The notes under the pieces are model-generated. The model saw only the letters and a list, made by a program, of their open reading frames with translations, did not search any database and was not told the DNA's origin. The position numbers and the translations under genes are program-made. This document shows, piece by piece, positions 52,351-64,000 of a stretch of DNA of 64,000 bases. Within the stretch, counting starts at the first letter, position 1; each line of letters starts with the position of its first letter. Source of the DNA: the human T2T-CHM13v2.0 reference genome, Homo sapiens; the NCBI RefSeq assembly GCF_009914755.1, contig NC_060927.1. The stretch is one strand, 5' to 3'.

Positions 52351-53799
52351 CCTATATATCTTAGTTCTAAAGGAAATTATTCACTCACAATTCAAGCTAA
52401 CTGCATTCAGAATATTCAAAAATTTGTGTATTAAAACAACCACACCAAAAAAATTATTTTCATAGATGGAACAAATAGGATATGTATAAATAAATATAAA
52501 TAAATATTCTTATGTCTCTCTCTCTTTCTCTCTCTCTCACACACACACACATACACACAAAAGAACAACTGTATGCTTAATACTTCTAAAGATCCCCCAA
52601 ACAAAACTGTAATTATTAATGCAATCCTTTTTAATTATGGGATTTCCTAAAATTAGCAATGTAGAGAACTGAGGTAATTATCTGGATGTCCTCAAACAAA
52701 ACATGTAGCTTCAAATGTTGAGTGTTATTGCAAATATTAGTTGAGTTTTTTAGACACTGAAAGCCTGGATCAATTATAGGGTATGTGTTTGTGTGTATGC
52801 ATGTGTTTACACATGCTATGTGCATGCCTGGAATTATCTCTTAAATAGTTGTAACTTTCCACTGTGCTGGGAGATAACTGGTTTAAGAGTGAGTCGAATA
52901 CTTTTCAGAAATAGGCTTCAAAAATCATAAAAAGAAACTGCTATATCCAAACAATGACTGTGAAAGCATTTATAATTCAGCCCATTACGTTCCTGGGACT
53001 ATACTGTCCTGTAATGACCTACAAAGCAGGACATTAACAAGATTTTTTTTCTATCTCTCTGGAATGAAACATGCCTGCTTTTTGGCTTTTGTTATGTTTT
53101 TTGTAAACACTTACGTAAAATGTGAGCCCTGCTAAATATGTGTTGAGAAGAGATAGGATTTCAAATGGATACCTACTAGGCACTGGGTACCCCAAGTGTG
53201 GGGAACATCAGAGGGGTCTCAAATGTGCCCTGGCCAACAGCAAGGTTGCACCCAGTGCCTCCAAATCAGTCATTTGCCTTTTAGCAACAAGGGTATTATA
53301 TGAAACACTAAATTGAGGGACCCAGAAAGGTCTAAAGATTTATTAAAATTTTTTGAAAGACTCCCGATACCATCTCTGCATACAATGACCACAAGGGCTA
53401 CAGCAAACAAGGTATTTGAGACTGATGAAACACGCATATTATTTGTTTAGAATTAAGAACCAAGGGAAGAAAAAGAACCCAACTGAAGATAACCTGCACA
53501 GTGTTATAATAATAAGACAAAACTCCAGGAGTAGAATGATAGTTAAGCTGCAGAAAGGTTATAAGAAAAATAATGATATCAAGGCAAAATTTTAGGTTCC
53601 TAAGAAATGTCATTAGATATTACTTTGTGCAATAGAGTGACTAAAGTAAAAGGAGATAAAAAGTAAAAGGTTCCTTTCGACCCTAGAAATAAAAATACTT
53701 GCAGAAGCACTTAAAAGCTTAATCCTTGTTTACTCTGACATAGTGTAGACTGTCAGACAGAATTGACTATAAAATTATCTTATTTAACAAAAAACAACT

Positions 53800-55020
53800 A
53801 TACTATAATTCACCAAAAATTTGTTATGTGGCCATATAGAAAATAAACATACAAAAATAAAAGAAATTTCCTAGCTATGATAACTGATTAGAAAATAAAA
53901 TAATAAGTATATCATTTACAATAGCAACCTAAAAATTAAATATATATAGATATGCTTAAGACTATCTTTAAGAAGAAATATCATGGGAAAATATTAAACT
54001 TCACTGTAAAAAGCCACTGGAATAAATACAAGTTGGATCAGGTTTATGAATGGAAAGAAATAATATTGGGAACATATAAATAGTTCTAAAATTATTTTAT
54101 AGATTAAATATATTTAAAATTAAAATCAACAATTTTGTGTTTTAATTGACAAAGTGATCCTAAAATTTACTTGGAATGATAGAAAATTAAAGGCTAAAGA
54201 CTTAAGACAAAATGAAAAGCAGAAATAATTAAGGTGTAATTTGTTTTACTAGATATTTAAAAATATAATAAAGATACAATAATTAAAATTTTGACCCAAC
54301 AAATTAGAGACATCAATAAAACTGAACAGATGCTTAGAAACTAAGACACTCACCCAAATGAGAACTTCATATTCAATAAAATAGTATCAAGATCAGTGGA
54401 TAAAGAGAGAATTGTTTGATAAATCATGCTGGATAATTAGTTGATAATTTAGAAAAATATAATTAGAACCTCACCTCTCAACATGAATAAAAATGAACTA
54501 AAGATGGATAAAGGGCTTAACTTGATACCAAAAGCAAAATTAAAACATTTTAAATACAGGTAAGTGAAATCAGAGAATAGTTTCCAGAATAAAGGTAGTG
54601 AGGAAAGCCTAAAGAAAAGTACAGGTCAAGAACCTAAAAATTGTTCTCTATATACATAAAAAAATTTAGGCTAAATAAAACTGCCATAAATCTGGCAAAA
54701 ATTCTATATAAAACACAGAATAACTCATATAAACCAATGAACAAAACAGTAAACTCAAAAGCAAGTGCTTAACTGATTTAAACTACTTACGTAAGAAAAA
54801 ATACAAAAAGCTAATAAATGTACTGGAAAACCTCAACTTCAGTAGTTATTAAAGAAAGAAAAGTTAAAAAGGCAAAAAAAAATTCCACCTAAACATGTGT
54901 CAAAGTTATGTAAAATGACAATTCTCAATGTTGGCCAGGGTGCGGCAGAAAGGCCATTTTTAATCAGTGCTGGAAGAAGCATGCTTTGGTGGAATTCCTA
55001 GGAAACTTAAGATAGTAGGA
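53800..55020 (+). mobile_element. Highly diverged ancient L1M ORF2-region fragment
   Basis: A-rich sequence with L1-like motifs (catttacaatagcaac, ttgacaaagtgatcctaaaattta, tttgataaatcatgctgg). Boundaries approximate. Confidence 0.55.
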
Positions 55021-55058
55021 ACTATTGGGATCTTTACAAATCACTGGCACAGGAAGGA

Positions 55059-55196
55059 GGCAAGCACGGTGGCACATGTTTGTAGTCTCAGCAACTCCAG
55101 AGGCTGAGGCAGGAGGATCCCTTGAGCCCAGGAGTTTGAGACCAGTCTTAGGCAACAGAGCGAGACTTCGTCTTAAGTTTAAAAAAAAAAAAAAAG
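55059..55196 (+). mobile_element. Free Alu monomer (FLAM-A-like)
   Basis: Contains gaggctgaggcaggaggatcccttgagcccaggagtttgagaccag, followed by poly(A). Confidence 0.85.
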
Positions 55197-57386
55197 TGAT
55201 GGGGGAAGAAATTACCAACATTAGAGGAATAAGCAAATAGAGTAGAATAGTATACAATCATTAAAATAGTATTTTGGAGGAATAGTTCATTATATGAGAA
55301 AATTCTAATAATGTAAAAAAAATAGAATAGAAACCCAAATAAACACTTTGAAGTAGAGTGTTAGATAAGAAAAAGAAAAAGTAACACAAGAGTGAGAGAA
55401 GGAAAGGAGGAATAAAGGGAAGGAGAAGGCAAGAGGAGAGAGGAAAGAAAGAAGAAAAGAAAAAGAGAGAAGAAGAACAGCAACAACAAAAAGATGTCTA
55501 GGTGGAGAACAATCCAAATGTTCCAGCAATTATTTCTGTGCCGTGAGATGTCCTGTTATTTTTTAATTTTCCTCTATAGGCTTCCATATGGTTGCAAATT
55601 CTCTACTGTGACCATATATTATTTTTACAACTAAGAAAAACATAGTCATTTTTAAAAGACAATTAAGGGTAGAAAATCCATCATGCTGCATCCCTATCAG
55701 TCCAAAAAACAATTGGACACCAAGACAGGGGGAGTTAAAATAATGAGAGTTTGGCTATATTCCCGGGATGCCAAACCAATGGGTTAGTTTAATTAACTTG
55801 AGGAGAAAAGTCAGTCAATGACTTTTGAATTAGTCACTGAAAAGACTGAAAAGTTCACGCTGGCATATTAGAGACGCACCACTGGGGTGAAGTGAAGTAA
55901 AAGTTGATGATGCCATGTCACTGATATTTCTAGAAATGGTCTAAAAGCTAACTGAGAGTTATTTCTTTGGTCCTACCTATCCTGACAGGGAGAGTGAACT
56001 CCTAGCATGGTCCTGGTATATTTTTGCTGCTGCAGGAACAAGGCTCTCCCCATCTGTCATGCACACACCCAAAACATGACATTCTTTGGTTTTCTTCCTG
56101 TTCCTAACTAGTAAGTATGAAACAATTGCAGTGGGATTATTTCGCTTATTTTTTAAACAACTTTTTTTAAACACTCATTTTTTCCCAGGGTGTTTTCGAG
56201 CTTGAAGATATTCCAGTCTTATTTGTCTTTCTTCACATCTCCACTGTCCTGAGCCTGCTTATTAGCACTTCTATTCAAATGTTAAGGGAAAAGAAACTTA
56301 AGCTGATTATTTTTTGCTTCTCTGCTAAAATCTGCATTTTGAAAAAGAGGTTAACAAAGATGCTCCAGCAGGGTTTTAGGAATTCTGTTTGCAAAAATAA
56401 AATGTGTTGTAAAGAATGGAGGGTGGAGGCTGAATCTAACTAAGTACACCTGAACATCTTGCAGATCAAGCTGTATGTATCCTGAAGCAGTGGCTTAACA
56501 AATAAAAAGTTGTGGGTGCAATTGTTTCCTTTATCCATGCTATTCATTTTCTCCATAAGGGGATTTATACATAGGAGGTGATTAGAATGCATGATAGCAC
56601 AGATCACATCTGCCAAATGATAAACTCTAGCCATCTTTATGAAGTATTTTCCCAGTAAGCCACTTAAGTTCACTGAACAAAAAAGCTTTTCTTCTTTAAT
56701 AAGTTTAAAAAACAAACTGCTTCATATATTAATAAATGCACACAAGTCACTAGGATAAAAAAAATTCGTGGTGGCACCTGGCTCATTTTACAAATATTTT
56801 TACTAGTTACCTTTTTGTACTCTATTAAGCTATAATCAGAATTGTTACTATCTGTTATTAGGAGACTATATTATGGTTTGTCCTCAGCCAAATGGCATGC
56901 CTTTAACTGTTACAAAATCCACAGTAATGTCAAGTATTTACCAATCTCAAAGAGCGTAACCCTGTTTTTAAATCTAAACCTGTTTTAACTTCTGTCACTT
57001 GAATAAAACAGATATTGAATTGTTTGCTATTTTACAAATGTTGTTATCCCTTTCGGCCTAGATATGCTTGTGTTTGAAGGATTTAAGGAAGAGTTCCATA
57101 AGCCTAGATCTTCAGCTGACTTTTGTTTTTCTATAGTCTTTGGGCTGAGGTTAAGAAGGAGGTAATATCAGAGTTGGCAATATTTTCTTGAGTTATTAAT
57201 TTTTAAATTTCACATTCAAAAGAAATGGCAGTGGCCTCAGCACAGATCATTTCTTTTGACAGAACGGAAAGGGGAAGAAACTCATAAATATTTTCAAAAC
57301 CTCCCCAGTATGGCACACCGTGACTGGTGATCAATGGATCCTCATGCTTTGATATGTTACAGCGGGAACTTTCAGAAATGACTTAC

Positions 57387-57422
57387 TGGGTTGTACATCT
57401 GATTGAACAACTGCTCAGCTTG
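57387..57422 (-). CDS. ERC2: Candidate alternative ERC2 cassette exon, 36 nt, phase 0/0 (QAEQLFNQMYNP)
   Basis: Minus strand reads gctaat, then an AG-free pyrimidine tract of about 70 nt with UGC triplets, then caatgtag|CAAGCTGAGCAGTTGTTCAATCAGATGTACAACCCA|gtaagt. It is open and in phase with the flanking exons. No transcript evidence is available to me. Confidence 0.75.
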
Positions 57423-57496
57423 CTACATTGCAAAGTTGGGGAGGCATTGAGGCACAGACAGGGAAAGAAGGAAAGATCCAGAAAAACAGCATTAGC
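57423..57496 (-). promoter_or_regulatory. Splicing control region of the 36-nt exon: branch point GCTAAT, polypyrimidine tract and UGC motifs
   Basis: CTAAT lies at 57491-57495, with TGC at 57430, 57444, 57452 and 57489. The stretch is AG-free up to the acceptor. Confidence 0.6.
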
Positions 57497-60400
57497 TCAA
57501 CAAATCCAGTGCATTCGCACAGACGAGTTGGTTGTTAAAAAAGAAGAAATTTCAGTTTCTAAACATTCCACAGTGAAAGCGAGATGCTCTAGGGAAATAC
57601 AAATGTTGACTTTGGCTCCTAAAAAAGAATAGCTGGAATAAGAAATGTAAGGTTTGTGTTACTTTCCCTTTCTCAAGTTAAATAACCCATGAAATAAAGA
57701 AAGCTGTCCACTTTTGATGATACATGAAGTGCTGGCCTCCAGCAATGAATCAGAAGAAGTACTTTTGGCCAAGTCTGCAATTTATTACCTGAACTTCAAA
57801 GATGGTAATAATAAAAGATTAATTAAACGTTATCATTGAATTTATAGCTCTTCTTTTACATTAACACAAGCCTGAATTTTCTATTCGGTCTATCTTCAGA
57901 AAAATACAGATCAGCAAACAGCAGGTTAGCAATAGCAAAATATCAGTCAGACTTTATTGGATTAACTTAAATGGGAAAAGAAGAAAAATTTAAATCAGCA
58001 GGACCAAAATACTGTATTATCCATTGCCTATTACCAACTTCTACTGTTGTCTCCGGATTAATAGAAAACATAATTTTCAAAGATATCCTATTATGTTCCA
58101 AGTGCTTTAGAATCTATAATGTTTTCTTGTCTATTTTGTGTTGAAGATTTAAATTTTTGTGGGTTTAAATGTGCTGAATATTATTTTAAACTGCACTCTC
58201 AACTTATATTTTCTAAATACCTGCACTATTTATCTGGGGCTCAATGTCAAGGTGTACAGGGTGAAATATTGTAGAAACTGTTACTTTGCTTTAAGCTAAG
58301 ACACACTTTTTAAGAGCCTCTATTACTTTTTCCTTCAACTTGAATGAAGTAAATGACAATGTTATCATGGTTTAAAGAAACTCCCTCCTCAGGTATAATA
58401 TTAATTGAAAAATTACTAAAGAGCATAAATCATATTTTGAATTGCCATTGCTTCTCAATTGATTTCTAATCACATAGGGTAAATTTACTCCCCCATTTTG
58501 AACCTCAAATACTCTTTTGAAAGACAAAATGATCCATACGTCAATTATCAGCCTCTTCTCAACTCTTGGGTGTCTACTTAAGATGGATGAATGCGCTTAA
58601 TTACAAAGCACACTTATAATTTGCAATTATGCATTATTTGGTTAGTATCATTTTATCAGCCTCACTAATATCAGTAAAAATTTCCTCACACATGAACATT
58701 TATAAGTAGTGGGATGGAATGTATAAGGGAGTTCCTTTTCTGCCTATAACCATTTGTCATCACAAAGTATTGAAGGCATCTTAAATTAACACAGTATAAT
58801 AAAGGGTTAAAGTAATCATGTGTCTGAATGTTCTCCACAAACTTTTATGTAAAAACTCCCTTTACCAATGTCAAGCATTGTTTACAAGACAAAAATAAGT
58901 TTAAATCACCGTTTGGATTTCATTGCCACTGGCAGACAAGGTTTCTGTTCAACGACACACATCTACAATGTTGTGTAGATTTTATAGGAAAAATACCTGG
59001 ACACTCACAAACCTTGAGCAAAATTCCATTGGGAATTTTTGGTGTATTTATGACATAATAAAACTATTATGTTTTCAGCTTTCATTTAGTAAACTTTTAT
59101 ATTTAATTCACAAGTCACGTACCCTTTTATTTAAAAAGAGGCCCAGACACACTTAAGCTTTTATAGCTGCTTATTTTTCCATGAGTAAATGATGTGTTTA
59201 TATGTATATTCACATACTGTTGGCTTATATTTTCAAATATTTCATGTAGATCTCAATTTTTTTAAGGTGATGGGTATTTGAGGTTTTTACGGAACTATTT
59301 ATTAGCAGAAATTAAAGACTACTGAAAAAATATTTTAAACTTTTGAATTTAGTTAATGCTAGACAGCCAAAAATAACAAAATAGCATTTGCAGGTTAGAC
59401 ATAAATATATTTAAATTATAATTACCCTATTTAAACTCACTGCACTATGCATTTAGGAGATAGTATAAGCAAAGATTATGTATATACTTAGAAATAAGTT
59501 ATCTTTTCATAAATGAAATAGGTCCTTTACAGCAAGACAACCATATTTGTTACTTTAATTCTAGTGACGTGGTAGAATGTTAAAATGCTGTCAGGAATAA
59601 TGCTACAATGTTTACAGGATTTGGTCTGTGAATTTCAGTGTGTGGTGTCTACCTGCGAGTCAAAGGAAACCACACACTCTGAGTGATCTCAGGGGCAAAC
59701 CACAGCTATGTTGAAAGAAACTATACTGAATTGCATAAATGTTGATTTATTAAACTAGTCAAGTCATTACACGAAAAGTATAAGCAACAATATGTGAATC
59801 TCTTCCTTTTAATTACTAGTGGATTTCAAATTCCCATAGATGATTTACACTAAAAAGGAAGGTGTCAAGCATGTACCTATAGAAATAATAAATGGAGCCC
59901 CCGATCTCCATAACAATGACTCATCAGAGTAGGTGGAGGACATCTTTCATGCCCAGGTCTATTTGAGGCCGTCTTTCTTCTCGACTCAGCACACTGTGAC
60001 TAAGGTAAAATAATGCAGGGAATGGTCATAAGGAGCCAATGAATTTCTCTCTTTCACAAAGCTAGCTTAAAGCCTGCCTTATGATCACAAAACTTTTATT
60101 AAATAAAAAATATTCTTCATAAGTTCATCCCTTAATATGCATATCATAGATAATATTTTGAAGAGCACATTTATATAGGTCAGGAATGTATGTCATATAC
60201 CCAATACATCATAGCCAAGTCAATCTCCATTTAAACACCCTCAAATGGGCAATTTAAATTCTTTTATTTATTGTTCAAGATTTCTGCTTAACTAAATATT
60301 GCTTGAAATAAGTGAGATGATGAGTGGATTGGGAAATATATTTTGCAATATAGAGATTTTCTTGCTGTTTTGTTATTAAAGGATTTGATCGGTGTATTTA

Positions 60401-61468
60401 TCTTTTTCTGTATTAGCAAGTAGACTTTCTTAGTGTGAAATTTCTCATGACAATTTCCTAAACATCTCTGTAAAGTGAATACCATATAGTAACATTTCAG
60501 TTATATATTGCATCATACAAAATAGTATATTAAATTTTAAGATATCTAGAGTAATTCCTTCACAGATATGTGATTCCTTCACATCCTTGACCATCCATGT
60601 CATATTTTTCATAACTTTAGCCAATAAATCCCCATCCCGGTGTGTGCTATGAATTATACATAGTCAAATTGTATTATATGCTTTGATTGATTGTTTAGAT
60701 TCTTATCATCTCTTTTGAATAAGTTTATGAGTTGTCAAAGGGAAACAAAATGCTTAAACTCATAATGTTATGAGTTTTATGTGAACAATGAGTGCAGACA
60801 TACCAAACAACACAGGGAAAAAGTCAAAGTAACAATGCATGACTGGAAATGCACTCCACAAAAATGTCTGGGTCAGAGAAAACATGTTAATGCCGCCATG
60901 TAAATATCCTATTTCTTTTCCAAAGCCTTCTATCTACAACAAGCTTTCTTAGACAGTAAGGCCATTTTGATCAAATATAAATAGTCATTCTACAGAGATG
61001 GGACTTGACAATTTTGGTGAACTTCTAGAAAGTTAACAATGTCAGAAAAGCTTTTTGCAAAGTTCTGGTACAAAAAAATGACCTACATCTGAAAGTAGCA
61101 AAAGTTTATTAATATCTAATGTGGCTTCCGGATTCTGTGATTTGTTGAAAACATTTCTATTTTTCTTTGCTGATAGTTGAGATTTGCCCAGAGAGTAATG
61201 GCTGGTTTTTATAATATTTTTAACTTCTGCTACTATTTTCATCTATTTTTCAAGTTTTTCTTAAACAGGAAATCTGAGATAATTTTTCAGGTTTACAGAC
61301 AGATTTGATAGACTTCTTAGCAATAAAGTTAAGAGTATTTAATTAATTCTTTTATCAGCAGACAGCAACAGATAAGGGGTTTGTTTCTTTTTAAAAACGT
61401 CTCTTCCTGTTCCATTTTATAAATTCATTTTTAAATAAGCATGATTCTTTTTCTTAGACTTCACTTAC

Positions 61469-61609
61469 CTTTTTTAACTGTGCTTCCAATTTGCTACATT
61501 CCTCTTTCTTTTGTTCAATGGCTATTTCTAGAGATTTTAATTTGGAATCCCTTTTCAGCCCCGCAGAGGCTAATGAAGATGCATGTTCTTTGAGGTCAAT
61601 TAAACTAGA
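61469..61609 (-). CDS. ERC2: ERC2 coding exon, 141 nt, phase 0/0 (SSLIDLKEHASSLASAGLKRDSKLKSLEIAIEQKKEECSKLEAQLKK)
   Basis: Minus strand reads ttctttctctttcag|TCTAGT...AAAAAG|gtaagt. It has 47 open codons and the peptide is recognised as ERC2/CAST coiled-coil sequence. Confidence 0.97.
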
Positions 61610-62584
61610 CTGAAAGAGAAAGAATGTGAGTGAGTAAAACACTGAAATTTCTACTAGCAATGCCTTCAATTTGAACACATTGATTCTATACATAGCAATA
61701 AAGTGTGCAGTAGACAGAAAGGGTAAATATAATCTTACTAAGGTAACAATAGTCAGCTCTGGTCAGGAAATTAAAGTTGGCCAGCTTACAGAACGAGTAG
61801 GATCTAATTGCCGTAGAATCAAATGTGACCAAATGGTGTGGTCAGTAAATGCATGTTTCACGTCTCAAAGTCATGCTAATGATGTAAGTCCCAAGGTGGT
61901 CTTTACATGTCATAGCAAAACAGACACCCTGAACCTTCCGTTTACATTTATTGCTGTCAGACTATGCAGACATTGAGACAAATACGAAAGAAAATACTGA
62001 CTTTAATGCATCCGCTCCCAAGAGCAAGTCAAATATAAAAGAAGCCTCCTACTACATTTTTATCAAATCCCATTTCTTTAACAGATAAATGATCAATGGT
62101 TTTACAAACATCTTCTGGAAAATTAACATAAAATTATTTTAAAATTTAGAGTAAATTTTATGTTTGCGTCCTTTGCAATCTAGATTTGACAGATATGATG
62201 AATCTTTCCAACTCAGACATAGGGTTACCTAAATTGTTCCAGTCACTAATCATGTCCAGAAACCAACAGGCTCCACATATAGTTTGAATTCCAAAAACTA
62301 CAGAAATAAATAACTTGCATATATCACTGAACATAACTTTGCAACCTAAAAGAGCAATGTTTGTCATCAAATATGAAATAGCAACATCTAACTATGTGAC
62401 TCAGATGTACAGGTTTTACCCCAAAACAGACTCCATGTATTTCCTTCTTGATCATTTGCATCACCTAGGAAGATACTAAAGACACAACGGTCTCTCTGTA
62501 AACAACGTTGGCTAATAATTTACACTGGGTTGCTTCATGGACACTGGAATAACCTTGATGATAAAAATCACCATCATCCAGCAA

Positions 62585-62750
62585 GGTGCTTCTAAAGCCC
62601 TCTGGGGAACAGGTGAGCCATTCTCATTCTTCACATCAGGAAACTGAGGCTCACAAGAGCTGAGCATCTTGTCAAAGATCACTTAGCTAGTAAAGGCAGA
62701 TACAGGTCTCAAACCCAGGTCTACAATTCCAATTTCAATGACTTTTGTCA
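62585..62750 (-). mobile_element. MIR SINE fragment
   Basis: Contains aggaaactgaggctcac...cttgtcaaagatcacttagctagtaaaggcaga. Confidence 0.7.
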
Positions 62751-62894
62751 TATCATTCCCACAGAAATAACAAAGGATATTATAATCCAGTCACTTTGTC
62801 ATGGTGAAGACATATCTTCACTCCAATTAAATTATAAGCTCCCTGCTGACGGCAACTGCATATTGTTTTCCTTTATAAATTTTAAATTGCCAGA

Positions 62895-63297
62895 TGCAAT
62901 AGCCAGTTTTAGTCAACTTGGCTAGGCTCTAGTCCTCAGTTATTAATCTAGGAGTTGCTAATAGAAGGCATTTTGTAGACATGACTAAAATCTACCATCA
63001 GTTGACTTTAAGTAAAGGAGATTATTCTCAGTATTCTGCATGGGCCTGATCCCATCAAGTGAAAGGCCTATGAGCAGAATTCAGGTTTCCCTGAGGAAGA
63101 ACAAATTCCACCTATTGATTGCAACATCAGCTTCTGTCTAAGACCTTCCAGTCGGCTTTTGCTGATGGCCTGTTCTGCGAATTTTGAAAATGCCTAGCCT
63201 CTGTAACTGTGTAAGCCAATTCCTTATGATAAAGTTCTTAATCTGTAGAAAATGTTTAACGTGGTTCTGTTTTTCTTGCAGAACCCTGACTGACACA
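62895..63297 (+). mobile_element. ERVL LTR (MLT2-like)
   Basis: Contains gtcaacttggctaggct...gtaaaggagattatt...tgtaagccaattcctta...ggttctgtttttcttgcagaaccctgactgacaca. Confidence 0.8.
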
Positions 63298-64000
63298 CCC
63301 AGCCCAGTGCCAAGCACATCATGCAGAAACAACAAGTGTTTACCAAAATGTCTATCTGAAAGTCATACAATGTTGGCATTATTTACAAAACTATTTTCAC
63401 TTACAGCTTATGCTCCACCACTTCATCAAGATCTCTTTTCATTAGAAGTATATACATTGATTTTAAGGTGCAAACCGACAAATAACACTTGCAACCGGTG
63501 AAGAATGCTATAAACAAAGTCAAAGCTTCCATATCTTCTGTCGCATACAAACAACAGTCATCACAGATCCTCCAACTCAGAATCAGCAGTGGAAGCTAGG
63601 AAGAGAACTCCATTCTTTATATTCATAACAAAGAAATAAGCTCCTTTCTAAAAAGCAAGTAGGTTTAAATTTTAGGAAATACGGATTTTCTTTCTGATTT
63701 TCCTCGAAACTCCTCTTACTCATCCATTCTTTTCCTTCTTCATCTAGATTCCTAATTTATTCAGGACTTTAGTTTGTGTGGAATTATCAGTACCACACGA
63801 GTGAGGAAATACTGCGGAGCTAGGAGATAGATAACTGTGCTGTGGTACCGTCCAGCAGGGTGAAAGGTCTATAACAGCTCTAAAGAAGATGGACAGTTAC
63901 AGCAGACAAAAGTAAGTGTGAAGGGGCCAATTGCAGGCAATCTCCACGCATCTCAGAGCTGTGAGGATTAAATAAAATAATGTGTAATTACTGCTGCTCA

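Noticed and set aside
55977-55981. ctctccctgtcag|GATAG|gtagga, a 5-nt microexon-like site
   Set aside because: It is not frame-preserving, has a short AG-free zone and no UGC cluster, and is expected by chance.
60804-60867. Minus-strand segment with plausible splice sites (ttttctctgacccag ... TTG|gtatgt)
   Set aside because: It is 64 nt and frameshifting, with intron-like composition and no supporting motifs. It is probably a pseudo-exon.
63405-63507. Minus-strand AG...gtaagt-bounded segment upstream of the 141-nt exon
   Set aside because: It is 103 nt with an in-frame stop and a poor exonic donor context (GCT|gt), and has no other support.

Overview
This is primate (human-like) genomic DNA, almost all intronic and rich in repeats, from the middle of ERC2 (CAST1/ELKS2, a presynaptic active-zone coiled-coil scaffold), which runs on the minus strand. 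Three coding exons are visible in the ORF track: 61469-61609, 46341-46534 and 4750-4885. Their GT-AG boundaries and reading phases are mutually consistent. Reading the minus strand directly shows three further short, frame-preserving cassette exons that the ORF track does not resolve as exons. The 12-nt microexon at 40261-40272 adds SLTL and matches the ESLTLRHMK junction I recall from the reference protein. The 36-nt exon at 57387-57422 (QAEQLFNQMYNP) and the 30/27-nt tandem-acceptor exon at 47426-47455 (KSIRNNGKQG) are not in the canonical protein as I recall it. All three have neural-microexon architecture: a long AG-free pyrimidine zone with UGC triplets next to the acceptor, and two have downstream GCAUG motifs. 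This is the most interesting signal, a possible combinatorial microexon module in one segment of ERC2. The window also contains a candidate poison exon, AG|GT ratchet-like sites, an inverted Alu pair beside an exon, a sense-oriented MER52 solo LTR with a decayed poly(A) signal, three short local direct duplications, and ordinary Alu, L1, L2, MIR, MaLR and hAT repeats. Repeat subfamilies and boundaries are called by eye and are approximate. Nearly all other ORFs in the track are spurious.
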